From assembly GCA_950097015.1 (NCBI GenBank), contig CATNEN010000038.1, forward strand, positions 7,750,001-7,814,000: a stretch of 64,000 nt of DNA, read 5' to 3'. Origin of the DNA: Macrostomum hystrix. Taxonomy: Eukaryota > Animalia > Platyhelminthes. This document shows, piece after piece, positions 61,656 through 64,000 of the stretch. Both the position numbers and the translations under genes were made by a program. Each line of letters opens with the position of its first letter. Within the stretch, counting starts at the first letter, position 1. A model generated the notes under the pieces. The model had not been told where the DNA came from and searched no databases. It worked only from the letters and a program-made list of their open reading frames with translations.

Positions 61656-62171
61656 TCAAGTATAGATCTCGGCAAACAGCGGGGTCGGACTCTGACTGCT
61701 GATGCTGCTGAATAGCTTCGACAGCGACTCATCGAAGGTCTTGGACCATTCGAATAGGATGCACATTTCACGCATCTTGGCCTGCCATCTGTCATCGAAC
61801 TTGGCCACAAAAGCGTGCCGGGTGCACTTGGCCAGCCGCATGAAGACGTCGAACGCCAGGCGCTCCATCTCCTCCGGCAGGTCGTCGCTCTCCACCATGG
61901 ACAGGTCGAACAGCTTCATGAGGGTGAATAGGGCGACCAGGCTCATGTCGCCGCCTGTGACTTTGTGCACATACTCAAAGTAGCGATCGTTGGCTGTGAC
62001 TGCCGACAAACCGGGGGCGAACGAACGGTCGAGATTGCGAATGCTGCGATTCGGGTCCACGCTGTAGGTCTTGCCGTCTATGCTTACCGACATCTCGCGG
62101 CTGTTTGTATCGAATTTGACGCTGAATAGCGGCACCAGGATGGCGTGGATTCGCAACTTCACTAGCAGCAC
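61656..62171 (-). CDS. Terminal exon, probable nuclear hormone receptor ligand-binding domain (gene continues beyond the window)
   Basis: Acceptor tttgcag|GTG CTG CTA at 62171, open to the stop. It ends in AF-2-like TPLFAEIYT*, and DMSLVALFTLMKLFD resembles helix 8/9 of NR1-type LBDs. A possible preceding exon ends near 63517 (SLLGCGSFLK). Confidence 0.6.
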   Translation of the reverse strand: MLLVKLRIHAILVPLFSVKFDTNSREMSVSIDGKTYSVDPNRSIRNLDRSFAPGLSAVTANDRYFEYVHKVTGGDMSLVALFTLMKLFDLSMVESDDLPEEMERLAFDVFMRLAKCTRHAFVAKFDDRWQAKMREMCILFEWSKTFDESLSKLFSSISSQSPTPLFAEIYT

Positions 62172-62185
62172 CTGCAAACACCGGA

Positions 62186-63211
62186 GTACTGTGTCAGGCC
62201 TGCCATTCCCACTGCATCATGACAGCACTGTGTCAGGCCTGCCATTCTCACTGCATCATGACAGCACTGTGTCAGGCCTGCCATTCCCACTGCATCATGA
62301 CAGTACTGTGTCAGGCCTGCCATTCCCACTGCATCATGACAGTACTGTGTCAGGCCTGCCATTCCCACTGCATCATGACAGCACTTTGTCAGGCCTGCCA
62401 TTCCCACTGCATCATGACAGTACTGTGTCAGGCCTGCCATTCTCACTGCATCATGACAGTACTGTGTCAGGCCTGCCATTCTCACTGCATCATGACAGCA
62501 CTGTGTCAGGCCTGCCATTCTCACTGCATCATGACAGCACTGTGTCAGGCCTGCCATTCTCACTGCATCATGACAGCACTGTGTCAGGCCTGCCATTCCT
62601 ACTGCATCATGACAGCACTGTGTCAGGCCTGCCATTCCCACTGCATCATGACAGTACTGTGTCAGGCCTGCCATTCCCACTGCATCATGACAGTACTGTG
62701 TCAGGCCTGCCATTCCCACTGCATCATGACAGCACTGTGTCAGGCCTGCCATTCTCACTGCATCATGACAGCACTGTGTCAGGCCTGCCATTCTCACTGC
62801 ATCATGACAGCACTGTGTCAGGCCTGCCATTCTCACTGCATCATGACAGCACTGTGTCAGGCCTGCCATTCTCACTGCATCATGACAGCACTGTGTCAGG
62901 CCTGCCATTCCCACTGCATCATGACAGCACTGTGTCAGGCCTGCCATTCTCACTGCATCATGACAGCACTGTGTCAGGCCTGCCATTCTCACTGCATCAT
63001 GACAGCACTGTCAGGCCTGCCATTCTCACTGCATCATGACAGCACTGTGTCAGGCCTGCCATTCTCACTGCATCATAACAGCACTGTGTCAGGCCTGCCA
63101 TTCCCACTGCATCATGACAGCACTGTGTCAGGCCTGCCATTCTCACTGCATCATAACAGCACTGTGTCAGGCCTGCCATTCCCACTGCATCATGACAGCA
63201 CTGTGTCAGGC
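62186..63211. repeat. 42-bp minisatellite
   Basis: ACTGTGTCAGGCCTGCCATTCTCACTGCATCATGACAGC-type units, ending about 13 nt from the acceptor at 62172. Confidence 0.95.
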
Positions 63212-63645
63212 ATGTTAGCAGAATCAAATACATCAAAATTTAGCTAAGAGCAACAGAAGCATAAAGATTATTGAGGACAGTGGAACTTGTCCGTAAATAT
63301 AAATCAAGTGAGATACACTTTCTGTGATTAAGGGCCTAGAGACAGAATCCATGTGGATTTTCACCTTGAAACTGACTCCACTAAACAAGTAAACGACAAC
63401 TGCATTTCAAAGCCTCCGCTAAGTTTATTAAAAAACGACAGCGGGCTCAATAAATAATGTGCTACAGGAATACAGGCCTGGATAAAGCCTGATTAGTCCT
63501 TAAGGCCCGTTGCGACCTTCAAGAAAGACCCGCAGCCTAATAGAGAACGGCGCGTGCGACAATAGAACCGGATAGAGAACAATAGATCAGCATGTGAGAT
63601 CAAATACAAATACCGGGCTGCACAACTGCAGCTGCTAACCCATGC

Positions 63646-64000
63646 ACTGACGGCACACACAACTGACAAAACTGATCTGACAGCACACACAACTGACAAA
63701 ACTGATCTGACAGCACACACAACTGACACAGCTGATCTGACAGCACACACAACTGACAAAACTGATCTGACAGCACACACAACTGACAAAACTGATCTGA
63801 CAGCACACACAACTGACACAGCTGATCTGACAGCACACACAACTGACAAAACTGATCTGACAGCACACACAACTGACAAAACTGATCTGACAGCACACAC
63901 AACTGACAAAACTGATCTGACAGCACACACAACTGACAAAACTGATCTGACAGCACACACAACTGACAAAACTGGTCTGACAGCACACACAACTGACACA
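63646..64000. repeat. 30-bp minisatellite running to the window end
   Basis: AACTGACAAAACTGATCTGACAGCACACAC units. Confidence 0.95.

Overview
Eukaryotic (metazoan) genomic DNA with GT-AG introns. The minisatellite-filled introns and GC-rich exons resemble a free-living flatworm such as Macrostomum, but this is an inference. One intronless, divergent CK1-family kinase lies on the + strand (369-2231). All other host genes are on the - strand: ODF2/cenexin-like (3817-11315), LITAF-domain gene (13523-14271) plus a disrupted tandem paralog, a FAM53-like gene (21479-22928), casein kinase 1 alpha (27706-34360), a UBASH3/Sts-like UBA-SH3-histidine phosphatase (37229 to at least 52734), NOP16 (54941-56514) and the last exon of a probable nuclear receptor (61656-62171). 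Mobile DNA includes an apparently intact two-ORF LOA-like non-LTR retrotransposon (39160-44702) inserted in an intronic 32-bp minisatellite, several tRNA-derived SINEs, two non-autonomous DNA elements with CCATA...TATGG ends and 8-bp target duplications, and fold-back elements. About 25 unrelated tandem arrays account for most of the long ORFs in the supplied track. The most notable observations are a NOP16 ORF that appears to lack its own ATG (candidate spliced-leader-supplied start), the CCATA/8-bp-TSD element family with a nested retroposon, and a SINE whose tail supplies a stop codon to a LITAF paralog. Exon boundaries were read by eye and protein identities come from recalled family motifs, not from database searches.
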